A stretch of DNA of 64,000 nt, taken from NCBI GenBank assembly GCA_013239625.1, contig MU053933.1, forward strand, positions 2,069,026 through 2,133,025, given 5' to 3'. The notes under the pieces are model-generated. The model did not search any database. It saw only the letters and a program-made list of their open reading frames with translations, and had not been told where the DNA came from. Source of the DNA: Lama guanicoe (lineage: Eukaryota). This document shows, piece by piece, positions 1 through 31,719 of this stretch (its first letter is position 1; each line of letters opens with the position of its first letter). The translations under genes were made by a program, and so were the position numbers.

Positions 1-53
1 CCCTGGACTGACTCTGTGGGGTCCCTGTGGGGCCAACACCCCAAAATCCCTGA

Positions 54-10505
<10,452 letters not shown>

Positions 10506-10880
10506 AGTGCATCCACACCTGCGTCCGCCTCCCAACTCCCTCCTTCCCTGGGCCTGCGGGCAGGCAGGTGGGGGGCCGGCGGGCGGCGTGCAGGCCTGGC
10601 TCCGGGCTCTCACGGCTCCAGTCCCATCCTGCTGCCCCTCAGCTCTCCCCCAGGACAGAGGACTCCGGGCACCCGCTTCCAGTCCAGGGGCACGTGGGGG
10701 CGCCTGTGGACACTGCTGCCCCTGTGCCTCAGGCTCCCACGTGGTCCGTGCCCTCACCAGCCCTGAGGGGGCTGCCGCTGGAGGCTCTGTGCACGTGGGA
10801 AGGGGGTCGTGCCCCGTGGGCCCCACTGCGATCCTGCTCCTGGGTGTACTGGCTAAGCAGAGCTTGTCACTTTTTCTAGA

Positions 10881-10886
10881 AATAAA
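10881..10886 (+). terminator. PFKL polyadenylation signal
   Basis: AATAAA about 375 nt after the stop, preceded by a U-rich tract. Confidence 0.8.
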
Positions 10887-11858
10887 ATGACCCCGACTGT
10901 GGGGTGCTCGCAGACTCGGGAGCAGGGCCTGCGGAACCTTGCTGGTTGGTAGCCCCCACCCTACATGCACAGGTCTGGGGCCACACTCCCCTCCTAGGGC
11001 CAGCAGCCCCGCCCTGGCCACGTGGTGACCTGAGCCCCCTTGCCCTGTCCTGAGGGGTGACAGGCCTGTCTTCCCTCCACCTCGGGAGGCTTTCTGAGGC
11101 TGGCTCCCAGGCCTGGAGTCCGACACAGCTCGTTACCCCAGACAGCCTGGGCTGGCGTCTTGGGGCAGGTGGCTAATGGGAGCGACCGTCCCAGGAGACA
11201 CTGTGGGTGGTTGAGGGGAGGGGAGGCAGCCAGAAACTTGTCACCTCTGTGGGCTGTGGGCTGGTCCCTTGGAAGTTCCCAGGCTGGGGCAGCATGGGGG
11301 CCACACCCGGGCCCCTGGAGGACAAGCTGGATGTCAGCCCCGTGGTCCACGCCTGGCAGGTCCCTGTCACCCAGAGCTGGCTGCACGTCCACGTCTGTTC
11401 CCGCCGGGGACCTAGGCGCTTAGTCCAGGGCTGCCCTGGCCTGCATTCCTGCCCTCGGGGCTGCGGGGGTCAGGATAGGTTCTAGGATCCATGGGGCCAG
11501 TTGAAGGTCCCTGAGAGGGAGTGTCCTGGTGGGGCCTAGGCTGGCCGGGTGGCTCCCTCCGTTTCGGGCTGCCCACTTGTCCCCACAGACCCTGGCAGGG
11601 AGCTTAGCCACTCCAGGGGGCGGCACGCCTGGCGGGGTGGATCCTGCGCTGGGGGCACGCCAGCCTCACCGTGTTGCTGAGAGCTTGGGGGGCCCTGGGT
11701 GCCCAGTTCTGGAGCCGGGCCCCTGTGGTCTCACTGCCTGCTATGAGCATGCGGGGGTCCTGGGGCAGGCCGAGGAGGGACAGTCCCCCAAGAAGGGAGC
11801 CCCAAGAGGCGGAGCCTCTGGAGAGACTAGAGGCCAGTTCCCAGGGCCCAGAAACCTG

Positions 11859-11975
11859 GGTGTGTGCCTGTGAGTGAACGTGCGTGTGCTTGTGTGAGCA
11901 TGCCTGTGCACTTGTGTGCCCATGTGCCTATGTGTGCACGTGTGTGTATACTGCACGTGTATGTGCACTCATGTG
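11859..11975. repeat. Degenerate (TG)n / alternating purine-pyrimidine tract
   Basis: gtgtgtgcctgtgagtgaacgtgcgtgtgcttgtgtgagcatg...gtatgtgcac. Confidence 0.75.
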
Positions 11976-12679
11976 GGCTAGGAGGCTGAGCTTGGGCGGC
12001 AGGGACCCTGTCTCGTGTACAGCCGTGTCCTGTCCTCACCACGCATCCACGTCCAGCCGGGATGCCATGCCGGCCCAGGTGCTTCCCAGTACCCCAGGAC
12101 CCCTGCAGTGCTGGGGTGAGGCCCTCCCAGGGCACCCAATGCCCAGCCTGGGGAATGGGGTGGCAGAGCTAAATTTCCAGGGGTTTTGGACTGGATTTGC
12201 TTAAGTGTGCTGTGTTTGGAGATGTGGTAAACAGTGCAGGCCCCAGCCCCTCGCTGGCCTCTGCCAGCGAGGGCATGTCCTCCCAGGCCTGCTGCCGCCT
12301 TCCTGGGGCCACGCAGCCCTCCTCGGGGCGTGCCCACACTGGGCACACAGGAGGCTGCCTTCCGGGCTGGAAAGAGGGACGTGGCAGAAGGGTGTCAGCA
12401 GCCGCCCATCCTGCAGCAAGAAGGCCAAGACAGAGGCTGTGGCAGCTGCAGGAGGGCCTGGGTGTCAGGGCCCAACCCTTGCTCAGCTCCTTTGTCACTG
12501 CTTCCTCCTCTCAGCCGGCCGCTGGGCTCCCCAAATGAAGGGTGTGGTCCCACCTGGACTTCAGCTCTTCTGAGCTCCTGTTGGCAGAATTCTGACGGCA
12601 GCAAGGTCTCTGAGCCTGGGGAGGGGAGCCTCCAGCCGCCTCAGCCCTGATCCTGTGAGGTCTATCAGGGAGGGCTGGG

Positions 12680-12902
12680 GTCACCTGATTAGGGCAGGCC
12701 CACCATGACACTCCTTTTTGTTAACTCAGTGAGCTGATTAGGGGCCTTAACTACATCTGTGAAACCCCTTCACCTTGGCCATAGAAGGCAGCATGTCCCT
12801 CATATTCACAGACTGCCTTCTCCCAATCAAGGTGGGGTTCATGTAGGGTGTACACACCAGGGGTCCAGGACCTTGGGGCTACCTGGGATCCCGCCCCCCA
12901 CA
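12680..12902. mobile_element. MLT1-type MaLR LTR fragment
   Basis: cctgattagggcaggcccacc...ctgattaggggccttaactacatctgtgaaaccccttcacc matches the remembered MLT1 LTR core. Confidence 0.6.
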
Positions 12903-15900
12903 GACAACAAGCCTGAGCCTCACTTGCAGGAAAGCATGTGCCCAGCAGTTTCTCAGAACAGGGTGGGGGTGGGGTGTGAGGCCAAGGGCGCAGCTCAGGG
13001 GACATGGCTGGGGAAGGAGGGGAGCTGCCGGCCCAGGAATTGGGCATCACTCCCCGGCTGCCTGAGGCCAGGGCAGCACCCTGGGAGGGGCCGAGTGGGG
13101 TCTGCAGGGCACTGCAGAGTTGGCCAGGTGTATACGTGGTCGAGAGAGCAGAGGCAATGATCCCACCTGCCCTGGGAAGCAGCCCAAACCCCACGGTTCC
13201 TACAGCCCCCATTCAGTCCTGCTGGGCTGGGGTCACCTGGCTGGGAGGAGCAGGAAGACCTGAACCCAGAGCCCCTCTCAACCCTGATGACCGCTTGAAG
13301 TCCAGGGTGGCCCTGACGGGCAGCTCCCCTGAAGCCACCATCCCCCGTGTGCGGGAGGGCGAGCCCTAGGGCCCGCTCCAAGCCTGGTGTCCACTAGGGA
13401 TGCAGCCAGGGCAGGCCGACCACAGATGCATCAGTTTTCCGTCTCAGTCCTCGCGTTCTGTCTCACCACGCGAAGGCTGCAATTTCAGGCCCCGGAAAAC
13501 ACTGCTATTTCTGTGAGCTTTCCAGGGAACGCCGCCCAGGAGTCGTCTTATGGGGGTGATGGAACCCTGAGCAGCACCCACCCAAGCAGACACGTGCGCG
13601 GTCAGTTTAATTGGAGCCCTTTCCTGTACTTCTGCTGGCGGCGGGGCTTGGCGGGTGCTGGAGAGCATTTCCAGAAGGCTGCCCCAGAGGCTCCGGCGCA
13701 CAGGTGCACGCACAGCACGACTGCAGGGTGGGGGCCCACCCCTGAGGGCCTAAATGCGGTGGGGGGGGGAGCCCCTCAGACACGGTCCCAGCCCCCGACA
13801 GCCCAGCCAGGGGACATCAAAGCCTCACGCAGCACGTTTGTCTCAGTCGGATGGTCCAGTGAGGGGAGCTCACGTGTTGGGGTGCTCACTTTGCAGCCTC
13901 ACCCATCGGCCGCATGGGGGCAGTGCGGTGACAATGTTTCAGCTTTCCTACCTGTTGACATTCTGAGGGAAGGCTGACACACACTGCACCCCTGGCCAGG
14001 CTGGGAGTCACAGGTTTGTTTTCCGACTCTGCCTTGCCTGCCAGTCCCTGTGGACGGCGTGGGGGAAGCTGTGGCCGCCCCCCTCCCTCCCGTGATGCTC
14101 TGACTGGCAGCTTTGCCCTTTACGTAGAAAGGATATTTCCTCCTAACACAAAAAGTGACAGCCCTGCAGGAGGAGAAGGATGCCGACTTCCCAGAGACCA
14201 GGCCCCTTGTTGAACAAGGATGAACTCAGGACAGGGACAGCAGGGCTAGACCGAGCGCAGGGTCCTGTGTGCCCGCCGTCCCGGCTGGCTGGGCGGGCCA
14301 CAGGGGCACAGGGGTGCACGCAGGCCTGACCCTCATGCTGGCCGCACAGGCCAGCAAACGAGTTCCTTTGCTGGGAGGGTGAACGCGTGGCCCGCATCTC
14401 ACTCAGTGAGGCCACCGTGAGTGTCCACTCCTAGCTGGGCTGGGTGATGGCCACAGTGGCATCCTGCTCAGTGTACCCTGTGTTCCCACGCCCCTGCGGG
14501 GCCTTTGGAACTGCAGGCTCCCCAGGAAGACACTGAATCCCGGGTCCACTCACAGAGTTCTGGAGAACCACTGTCTTCAGAGAAACCTGGCTGCAAAGAT
14601 TCCTTGTTTCTTCTCTAATTTCCCAAGTGATTTGATTCAAGAACCCCCATGGGGAGCCTGTGAGCACACCACAGCCCCCTCTGGGGATGGGGCCCCCCAC
14701 GAATGTTTCCCCAGGGGTGACCATCAGAGAGAAGTTCCCGTGTCTTCCTGCAAACAGGGCGGCCCTGGGCACGGGGAAGAGATGAGCAAGCGCCCCCACC
14801 AGAAGGCTCCTTCCCCTGAAAGTCACCCCAGAGGGCACTGCGCTGTGCCTCTCCCCGGACTCGGAGCTCACCTCCTGACCTGGGGGTCGGGGCAGAGGGA
14901 GGAGGGTCTGTGGCTCAGGGTTGGGGTCCCCACCCACCCAACAGTTGGGCACATGGGAGGCTCCAGTGAGGGGACAGAGGCCACCTCCCACCTCCTGGCT
15001 GTGGCCATGCTGTGGCCTGGCCCACTCAGTGCCCCACGTCAAGTCAGGACCAGAAGAGTGCTGGATCCTGCAGGGCAGCACACTGGCTGCTGGCCCGGGT
15101 GACCCACTGCTGTGGCCTGAGACAGAGCAACACCCTTGTTCCTAGGCAGCAGCTTCGTAGGGAGGACAGGACGCTTCTGGCTCGCCTCTGGCTGCACCGA
15201 CCAGCATTTCAGCTGAGCGATGTGCCCTGGGTCTCAGGCCAAGAGGACACACACACGGGTATACTGCCAGCGCCCGCTCTGCTGGGGAACCCCGCCTCCA
15301 GGGTTACCTGGGGGGACGGTCAGAGCGGGGATTGCGACGCGACCCTGTTAAAGACTGGAGGCCCGGGGATCCGGGCCAGGGGTGGGCGTACTGTTCTCGT
15401 TCAGCCTGAGGGCTTCAAAGGGGCACCGGGAGAGCAGGCAGCTGGGAGCGGAACCGGCAAGGTGGCTGGAGACTCTGGGGAGGGAGCAGTGAAGGTGGGG
15501 GGTGGGGTGGAGGCAAGGGGCTGAGGCGGGCAGGTCACCCCATCAGGGGTCCAGTTCAAGGGTCCCGGATGGAGGTGCTCCAGGTCGTGGCGCAGCGGGG
15601 AGGTGGATGTGAGCTATGCCCAGTGGGTGGGGAGAGGGAGGGTGTTGATGCAACATCACCACACCCGACTTGTTCGCAGCAAGACGGGCTTTACTGAGAG
15701 CGTCTGGATCCCACAGTTACAGGCGAAGGCCTGTGCACGGGGCCGGTGGCCGCTCGTCAAAGGTGCCCCGAGTGGCGCGTCCCCTCTTCCTGCCGTGGGA
15801 GCTTGCCCCTGCCCTGAGACCTTGAAGGGCCCCACAGGCGGCGCACTGCCTTCCCCGGGGTTCCCACGAGGCCGCTGTGCAACTGCCTTCGGCCTCGTGA

Positions 15901-16598
15901 TGGCTGCCCCGGGAGGAGTGCTTCTCCACCCAGCCGCTGGTGGGCTCCCAGGCGCCTCCGGCCCTGGCTCCCCAGCACGCTGTGGCTGGTCCCCCTTGGG
16001 TCTGTGCAGCCCTCACACACCTGACATGCCCTTGCCGGACACAGACGCTCCCCGACGGCAGGGCGAGGGGGTGGAGAGACGCCCGCTCTGCCACAGGCCC
16101 CGCCGTCCAACCCAGCAGGAGCGGCCCTCCCCTAGCGGCTCGCAGGTCACCCTCCTCCCCTTCCGCCGGGGCACGGGGGGGGGGGGGTCACCGCCCACAT
16201 CCTGGGCACCACGGCGAGGCTGCGACTCTTCCTAAAGGAAGAAACGTGGGACAGTCTCTGGAAGGCTGTCCTTTCCCAGGCAGCTGCTTCTCCCGCGGCC
16301 ACACCTGGGTCCCCAGGCAGAAGCTCGGCCTGTCCGTCTGAACCTTCTCACACAGGGGCAGCGCAGACCCTCTGCGTCATGCTGGGCTCCCAAAAAGGGA
16401 GACAGAACGCCCCCAGAGGTGGCAGGCAGCCTGTCCCTAAGGCTGGCGTTGTTTTGGGAGTCTCCCACAGTCCACAGACATCCATCCCGTGGCCGAGCCA
16501 GAGAACTGACACAGAAAACACGTGTGAGCGACGGCTCTCCCCTTTACCAGGAACGTCCGGGCCCCGCCTGGCATTTGGGAAACGTCTGCTTCCAGATA

Positions 16599-16604
16599 TT
16601 TATT
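16599..16604 (-). terminator. Candidate CFAP410 polyadenylation signal
   Basis: tttatt on + (AATAAA on -), about 280 nt past the CFAP410 stop. Confidence 0.6.
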
Positions 16605-16884
16605 ACGGAGAGTGGCCGCCAAGTCCCCCTTCAGGGAGGCCACGGCAAGGTGGGCCCGGCCGCCCAGGAGGGCGCAGGGGCGGGTCCGCCCACCGGCACC
16701 TGCCTTCCCAGTGGCCCCCGCCGGGCGCCCGTCCACAGCGAGGGCTCTGCTGCCTGAGGACGCAGCCCTGTGTGCTGGGGCGAGGCCGCGGCTGTGTCTC
16801 CAACCCCCAGGTGCTCGGGAAGATGCTGGCCTTCAGCACACGGTCCCGGGAGGAGGAACTGGCAGCTCGAGGCGCCGCCCAGAG

Positions 16885-25740
<8,856 letters not shown>

Positions 25741-25829
25741 GTCTCTTAACTGCCCTGAATTACAGAGATGTAAAGCATCGAGAGGAGACAGCCAGGGCAG
25801 TCCTAGGGCTGTGTTGACCCCCTGCCCCT

Positions 25830-26397
25830 CAGCATTCAGGCAAGGAGGCGGGGGCCAAAGTGCGGGCCAGCCCCGAGAGACCTCACGAGTCCTGGAACAT
25901 TTTAGAAGTCAGAGGTTACTTGGGCGGTGTCCGCTGAAAAAAGGGGGCGTCTTAAAGTCGGAGACGTGTGTTTTATTCATGGCACCCTCCTGAGCACGCG
26001 GGCTGGGATGCGGCCTCCCGGAGCTCTGAGGGACGGCCCCGAAGCGGCAAGGTAGAAGCCAGGATATAGGAGCTTTTGCAGCAAAGACCGGGTAGTTGGA
26101 ACAGCAAAAAATGACTGTTAACTGAAGAAAACCAGACCTCTCACGTCAAGGGATTTAGCACTTTTCTGTGTGGGAAAGTGCGAAGTCGGGGCTCGTAGAA
26201 ATTGTCCCTTTGACGTGCACCTCGCTGTTCATCCTGAGTCCCCTCGGGGGCACCGCTGGGGGTGGCTGCAGAGGCCGGGCTGCCCGCTTGTCTCCCTCCT
26301 GAGTTCCCTTGGCTCACCAGGGCTGTGGTCATGGGTGATGACCTGATGGCCGCAGTGTCCTTTGTTTACTGACGTGGCAGGCAGCTTTTCGTTCACA
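25830..26397 (-). mobile_element. ERV1 solo LTR (MER41-like, laurasiatherian); left edge approximate
   Basis: aagaaaaccagacctctcacgtcaagggatttagcacttttctgtgtgggaaag and terminus tttactgacgtggcaggcagcttttcgttcaca resemble the remembered family consensus. Confidence 0.6.
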
Positions 26398-26469
26398 GCA
26401 GCACGGTACATTAAGACAGGTATGTGGGATCTCAGACCCGTTAGAGGCGACAAGACCAAACTTAGCCTC

Positions 26470-26818
26470 CTAGGGGAGCTCTCCCCACCAGGCCCTGGTC
26501 CTGTCTTTGGCCTGCCCAGCCCAGTCTTAGCAAAGATCCTGCTAAGTCACCCCCACCTTTGGTCTCTGATCGCCCTCATTATCTGATTAAGCTCCTCGTT
26601 CCCCCAGGTGGTATCTAGTCTTCTTGGCCTGTCTTTAGCAACATCCCCTGCCCTTGAAGTTTCTTAGTAACTTTCTATCTATGGACCCCTCTCTCATAAG
26701 CCCCCCTTTTCCTTGTTGAACTTGGAGTTGAGCCCAGTCTCTCTCCTCTAATGCAGTAATCTGGAGTAAAGTCTTCCTTATCCTTTTAACATATGTCAGA
26801 ATAATTTTTTCTTTCACA
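26470..26818 (+). mobile_element. ERV1 LTR (MER31/MER67-like)
   Basis: tcttagcaaagatcctgctaagtc...ttggagttgagcccagtctctctcc...agtaaagtcttccttatccttttaac...ttttctttcaCA terminus. Confidence 0.65.
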
Positions 26819-27129
26819 GAGGTCAAAGGTTGCTTTCCCAGGACATCACAGCAACATCTGAAGCCCAGGGTCCCAGAGGCTGATGGAGGACCTGCCTGTA
26901 GGAGAGACCCGTGGCAGGATGAGGAGTGGTGATTCAGTGGGGGAGAGTGGGATTTTGCTATAGGACCTTCCGTCCCATCCAACCCCACCATTTTTGTCGT
27001 AAAAACGATGTAAGGAATTGGAAAAAGGGAGCAGCACTCCCACGCAGTAGTTTAACAGCCGCTGTGCTTTCTGTGTTTTGTCCTGGGCGCTGTGCTTTGC
27101 TGGGACTTGCAGCGTTGTGAAGAGTTTAT

Positions 27130-28210
27130 CAGTCAGATTCTCGCCCTGAGACCCATCTTCCCTGCCTGGGTTCTGCCTCAGGGTGCGTGGGCCCAGCAAG
27201 AGTCCCAGGTGAGTGGGACCGGGTGTGAGGGGGTGTGGGGCAGGGCGCAGAAAGCTGGCGCACAGGTGGCCCAGCCCCCCACGCCGCCTCCACCGTTGTA
27301 CCAGTGCCTGTGGCCACACGGGGGCTCCTCTGATCAGCTGGTAAGGGTGGCCTGCGCAGTGTGTGGGTGGAAATGGACAGAACTGCTGGATGTCTATCTC
27401 AGGTGGCCTTGGAGGACAGAGGTGAAGGGTGATGCCTGGAACGGCCAGGTGTTGGCCTGGGACTTGGTTTGACCCCACCTACAGGTCACTAAGCCTGTTA
27501 CTCCTTCACAAATGCCAGCAGGAGACTGACTCCTGGGTCAGAGACAAAAGTCAGTTTATTCCTCATGGCTTTGGCACATTTGCATCAGTCCCCTGACCCC
27601 TGAGTTCCATGGGAGTAACGCAAGGGGCTCGGTGGATGCTTGCTGCACACGCTTTCGGGTGCACAGCAATACCAGGAAGGAACAGAGGGCTCTGGCTCCA
27701 CCCTTTACCAGCAAGCAGTGAGCAGTCCTCATCTTGGTCTAGGGGCGATGTTCCCTCAGCTCTCAGGGTTACCAGCTGTAGGAACAACCCGAGGAAATGG
27801 CCTCACAGCCTTGGCACATAAGCAAGATGCGTAGGTGAGCGGGAGGTCCCGGGCCCCACGTGGAGCACCTCCTCCTCTGCTCTATGTTGGGAGAGGGCAC
27901 TGACCACAAATGGATTCACAGGAGGGCAGGAATGGCCTTACTTACCCTCTGATAGGGGGCTGGAAAGAGGTAAGACTGGAGAATTGGGGACAAGAAGGTC
28001 TGGAAGAGGCACTGGGGTGGGCCATAGTGTGGAGATTCTCAAACCCCACACTTAGGCCACTGGGGTGTCCAGCACAGACGAGACGCTAGACAGCCTGGGA
28101 GGGCAATGCCTTAGCCAGCTGACGACCATCAGCCTCTGTCCTCAGCCAGTCCAGTGCTAGCTGGTGATCAGGAAGGGGGCGGCCATTGCGGCTGGGACAG
28201 AGGGACGGGG
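27130..28210 (+). mobile_element. Decayed ERVL internal pol (RNase H region) fragment, interrupted by an LTR
   Basis: cctgtggccacacgggggctcctctgatcagctg, ggaggacagaggtgaaggg, actggagaattggggacaagaaggtctgg and tcagcctctgtcctcagcc occur in the order remembered for ERVL-int. Confidence 0.6.
27495..27830 (-). mobile_element. ERVL-class LTR (MER73/MER74-like) nested in the ERVL-int fragment
   Basis: gcaggagactgactcctgggtcagagacaaaagtcagtttattcctca; AATAAA on -. Confidence 0.5.
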
Positions 28211-28399
28211 AGACGGGACTGAGATGCACCTGGGCAGGACAGACACTCTCTCGTTCTGGGTTTGGCTTTCCTTCCCGGGGCCTCAGACAGCACCACGGTT
28301 TGAGGGCTCACTGCAGTTTGACCCACCAGCACAGGGTCCTGTGCAATAGGCAGCTGATCAAGGGGCCAGAAGATCCTGAGAGATCTGGCCCCTGCCCAC

Positions 28400-28600
28400 C
28401 TCCCCTCATTTCATGCCACACTTGCCGGCACACTCCATCAGCCACCATGGTGTGCCTCTTGGTCCTCAGACACACAACTAGAGTTCACCTCAGGGCCTTT
28501 GCACCTGCTTGTCCCTGGGTTCAGATGCCATTCATCAGATTCTTCCAGCTCGATCCATTACTTCCTCCCAGCCCAGCTCAGAAGGGCCCTCCAGCCTGGC
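28400..28600 (+). mobile_element. L2 LINE 3' fragment
   Basis: diagnostic cctcagggcctttgcacctgct motif. Confidence 0.55.
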
Positions 28601-29079
28601 CTGACACCAGCCCCATTGTCTCCAGCTCCTGCCCAAGCCCCGCCCCCCTACCCCGACTCCTCGATGTTTATCATGACCTGAGGTGGTCTCCATTGTTCTT
28701 CCCCTGGACTGTGGGTCTGAGCACCTCCTTTTCCCAGAGCCCCAGCCCCTAGACGGCCTGCCTGTGGTGAGGCTTCAGGAAACGACTGTGGGCTGGCTGA
28801 CCGAGATGCATGCAGGGTCTGCAGAGGCATTCACATACCAGCCCTGGGAGGTCCCGGAGTCCCCACTCCATCATCTCCAGGGAGTGAGGAGGTTTCCTGC
28901 CACACTGGGTCATGAGGACTGCAAACAGACATGGGGAGCCTGACAGGTGGGGGGGGGGACCTGCTAAGTGAACGGGCCTCCCTGCCCTCCCCACTCCTCC
29001 CCTGCCAGGTGACCCTGGCCAGTACACAGAGTGGTCAGGACGGATGGGCTCTGCAGCAAACCACAGAATGGACTTGAAA

Positions 29080-29510
29080 TGTTACAGAAATGACAGGCCA
29101 GCCAAGAAACAAGCACCACTCGGAGGGTTGGAGTACTCAGATTTATTACGCCGGCGGGCTCAGAGGGGCTTCTGCTCCGAAGCTCTGAGCACCTCCAAGA
29201 CATGTGCATGAGGTTTTATAGGGTTAATTACAAGCTTGGGGTATTTGGCCAATAGGCATGGAACAGCTTTAGCAACATCATTATCACAAAAGTAGAGGCA
29301 GGGAGGCAGGAAACCAACATTTCAAGGCCAGATATGTCTCTTTGAAAACCCAGCTGGCTAGCAAAAAAGACATGAACAGGGAATCAGCAAACCAACAATA
29401 ATTAACTCAGATTTACAAGTCAGCCCAGCAGAACTCAGATCAGTAATCCGACACTTGTTACACTTAGATTTGTGAGTTAGCTGTTAGCCCAGCTGGGCTT
29501 TTCCTTCACA
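29080..29510 (-). mobile_element. Well-preserved solo LTR
   Basis: TGT...ACA termini, lower GC than flanks; on - strand a CCAAT-box element (29249-29253), TATAAAA (29214-29220) and AATAAA (29142-29147) in U3-R-U5 order. Confidence 0.75.
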
Positions 29511-29846
29511 GTAGCAGAGAAGAACGGCCTGTGTTTATTCATTTTATTCAGTGTCCTGAGAGATTGTTCAGACCTGGGGTCATTTCCAGCTCTGTTCTCC
29601 CCACGGTTGCTGTGGAATGAATGGGCCACCTGGCCCAGCTTTCTGGGCGGGCCTGCAGCACTAGGGCGGCCACAGTCTTCACACCCCTGTGCAGCACCAC
29701 CGTGGCCACTTGCTCCTGTGGGCAGTCCTTTATGATAAGATGCTACTGGAATGCAGGTCATCTGCTGACCTCGGAAGTGAAGTGATGAAGGACAATAACG
29801 TTGTTCCCCGGCCCGGAGCCCACTTCTCTTGGTCCTCTCTCTAGAC

Positions 29847-30065
29847 CAGGGGTCAGCAACCCATAGCCCACTGGCCAGATCCAGCCACTGCCTGTTCTTG
29901 TGAATAAAGGTTTATTGGCACACGGCCAGCCCACTCACTGATGTTTTGCCCGTGGCTGCCTTCTGGCTGCATGGGCAGAGCTGAGTAGCTCCAACGCAGA
30001 TCATCACCTGCAAAGCCTGAACTAGTTACCCTCTGGCCCTACACAGAAGACGTCTGCAGCCCCTG
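29847..30065. mobile_element. MER58A-like hAT-Charlie MITE
   Basis: TIRs CAGGGG...CCCCTG; 8-bp TSD ctctagac / ctctaggc; internal cctgttcttgtgaataaaggtttattggcacac. Confidence 0.85.
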
Positions 30066-31719
30066 CTCTAGGCTCTGGCCGTGTTGGCCGCACCCTCCAC
30101 CCCTCAGGCCCTCCCCGCCTGCCTTCATTCTTCTCCCAGGAGCCGGCAACCTGGCTTCTCTGCTCTGGTTTATTCTTCATGACCAGAGTGGCCATGCTCA
30201 CAGGTCAGATCTCTGTCTTTTTCAGGGATTGTGGCCTTCTGTTGCGGGGGGCTGTGTACCCTGAACACACTGTCCGCACTATGACACAGTCCTCAGCCTT
30301 GCCTTCCCTTCTCTGAGCTTGAAATGACCGTCCATCCAGGTCAGCACTTGCTGTGTCTCTGCTGCTGCTTCCTGCTTTCTGTTCTGATGGGAAGCCTTCA
30401 GAATGGCTCTTGCAGGGTGTCCAACAGATGGAATGAGGCCTTATTGTGAAACATGTGGTTCTTTAGAAGGGAAGGAGCCCCATGGGGACAGTGTCGGCAC
30501 AGATGTTTCATCAGAAGCCTGATTCATGAAATACTTCACCTCAAGCAATGTTCCCATGGAGGCCTTGGGATACTTAGAAACAAAAGCCAGCCCGTCCGTG
30601 CCTGTCCATCAGACGGATCTGCAGTTACTGCTGTCTTGTGAAATATTAACTGTACCCCGTATGCTTTCCGTCAGTGAGATGGCTCTCGGGCCAGAGGGCA
30701 TCAGGGAAGGAGCGCTGGGTGAGAGTCTGGACACAGCTGCCCACAACCAGCTGCGGACACGGGTGGGTCTCCACTTCCTTTGCCTGTTCACTGGGGTCTC
30801 AGATGCCTCTTGCGGCAGGCTCACTCCTGGGCGGCCACTCACTGGGCGCTCACTGCTTGCCGGGCCCGGAGAATGCAGCAGGGCTGGGCGGGGGCTGTGC
30901 CCTGCAGCGTGCGGGCCTGCGGGCCGGAGCCGGGGCACGACTCCCACTGTTGCTGTTCTTTAATTCCATGCTGCCAACCGCTTTGGAGGAGAGGCTCCAG
31001 CTACCTTCACGTGTATCAAAGCGTTTTGAAAAAACAAAACAAACCAGGGCTGTACAAGCGGCTCTGACGGGCTCTCACACTTTCCCCAAGCTGCTCAGAG
31101 ACCTCCCAATAGTGGGGGAATGACGCCGGGGCCACCCTTTGGCTGATGGACCTGTGGCACTGCCAGCTGGCTCCTAGCAGAGAGCCGGGGCAGGTGGGGG
31201 CAAAGGGCCCTCCAGAGGAGGGTGCTCTGGGCAGGTGTCTGGACACTCGGTCAGTGCACCCAGAGGAGGAAATGGGTCAGCTGGCAGCCCCTGGGCCTTA
31301 GTATCAGAGAGGCAACAGGACCCTGTTCACTTCCCTGGGGGCCCAGGAGTGGCTGTGGGGCACTGTGGGCTGGCAGCCTGGAAGGAGAGGGCAGGGAGCC
31401 TTTGCAGGGTGAGAGAGTTGTGGCCAGGGAGTTTGGACCTTTGGGGAAAACTGAGAACAGGTTTTCAGGAGTCAGAACTCAGTCCTCAGTCCTCCAGCCA
31501 GGAGGGTCGAAATCAGGCATTGTGGGGCCCAGTGGCCAGCACCTGCCAGGGTGGATGCTGTGTGGTCACATCTTTCCCGCTCCTCCTGCGCCCTTTAGTC
31601 CTGCCTTACCCGGAATGGTCTCCTGGCCTTGGGTGCCCCAGGAAGATGGCGAGGGCACCGGCCCGCCGCTGGGGGAAGTAGCTCTCCAGGCCCCACGCCC
31701 ACGGGGTCTCCCACCCCCG

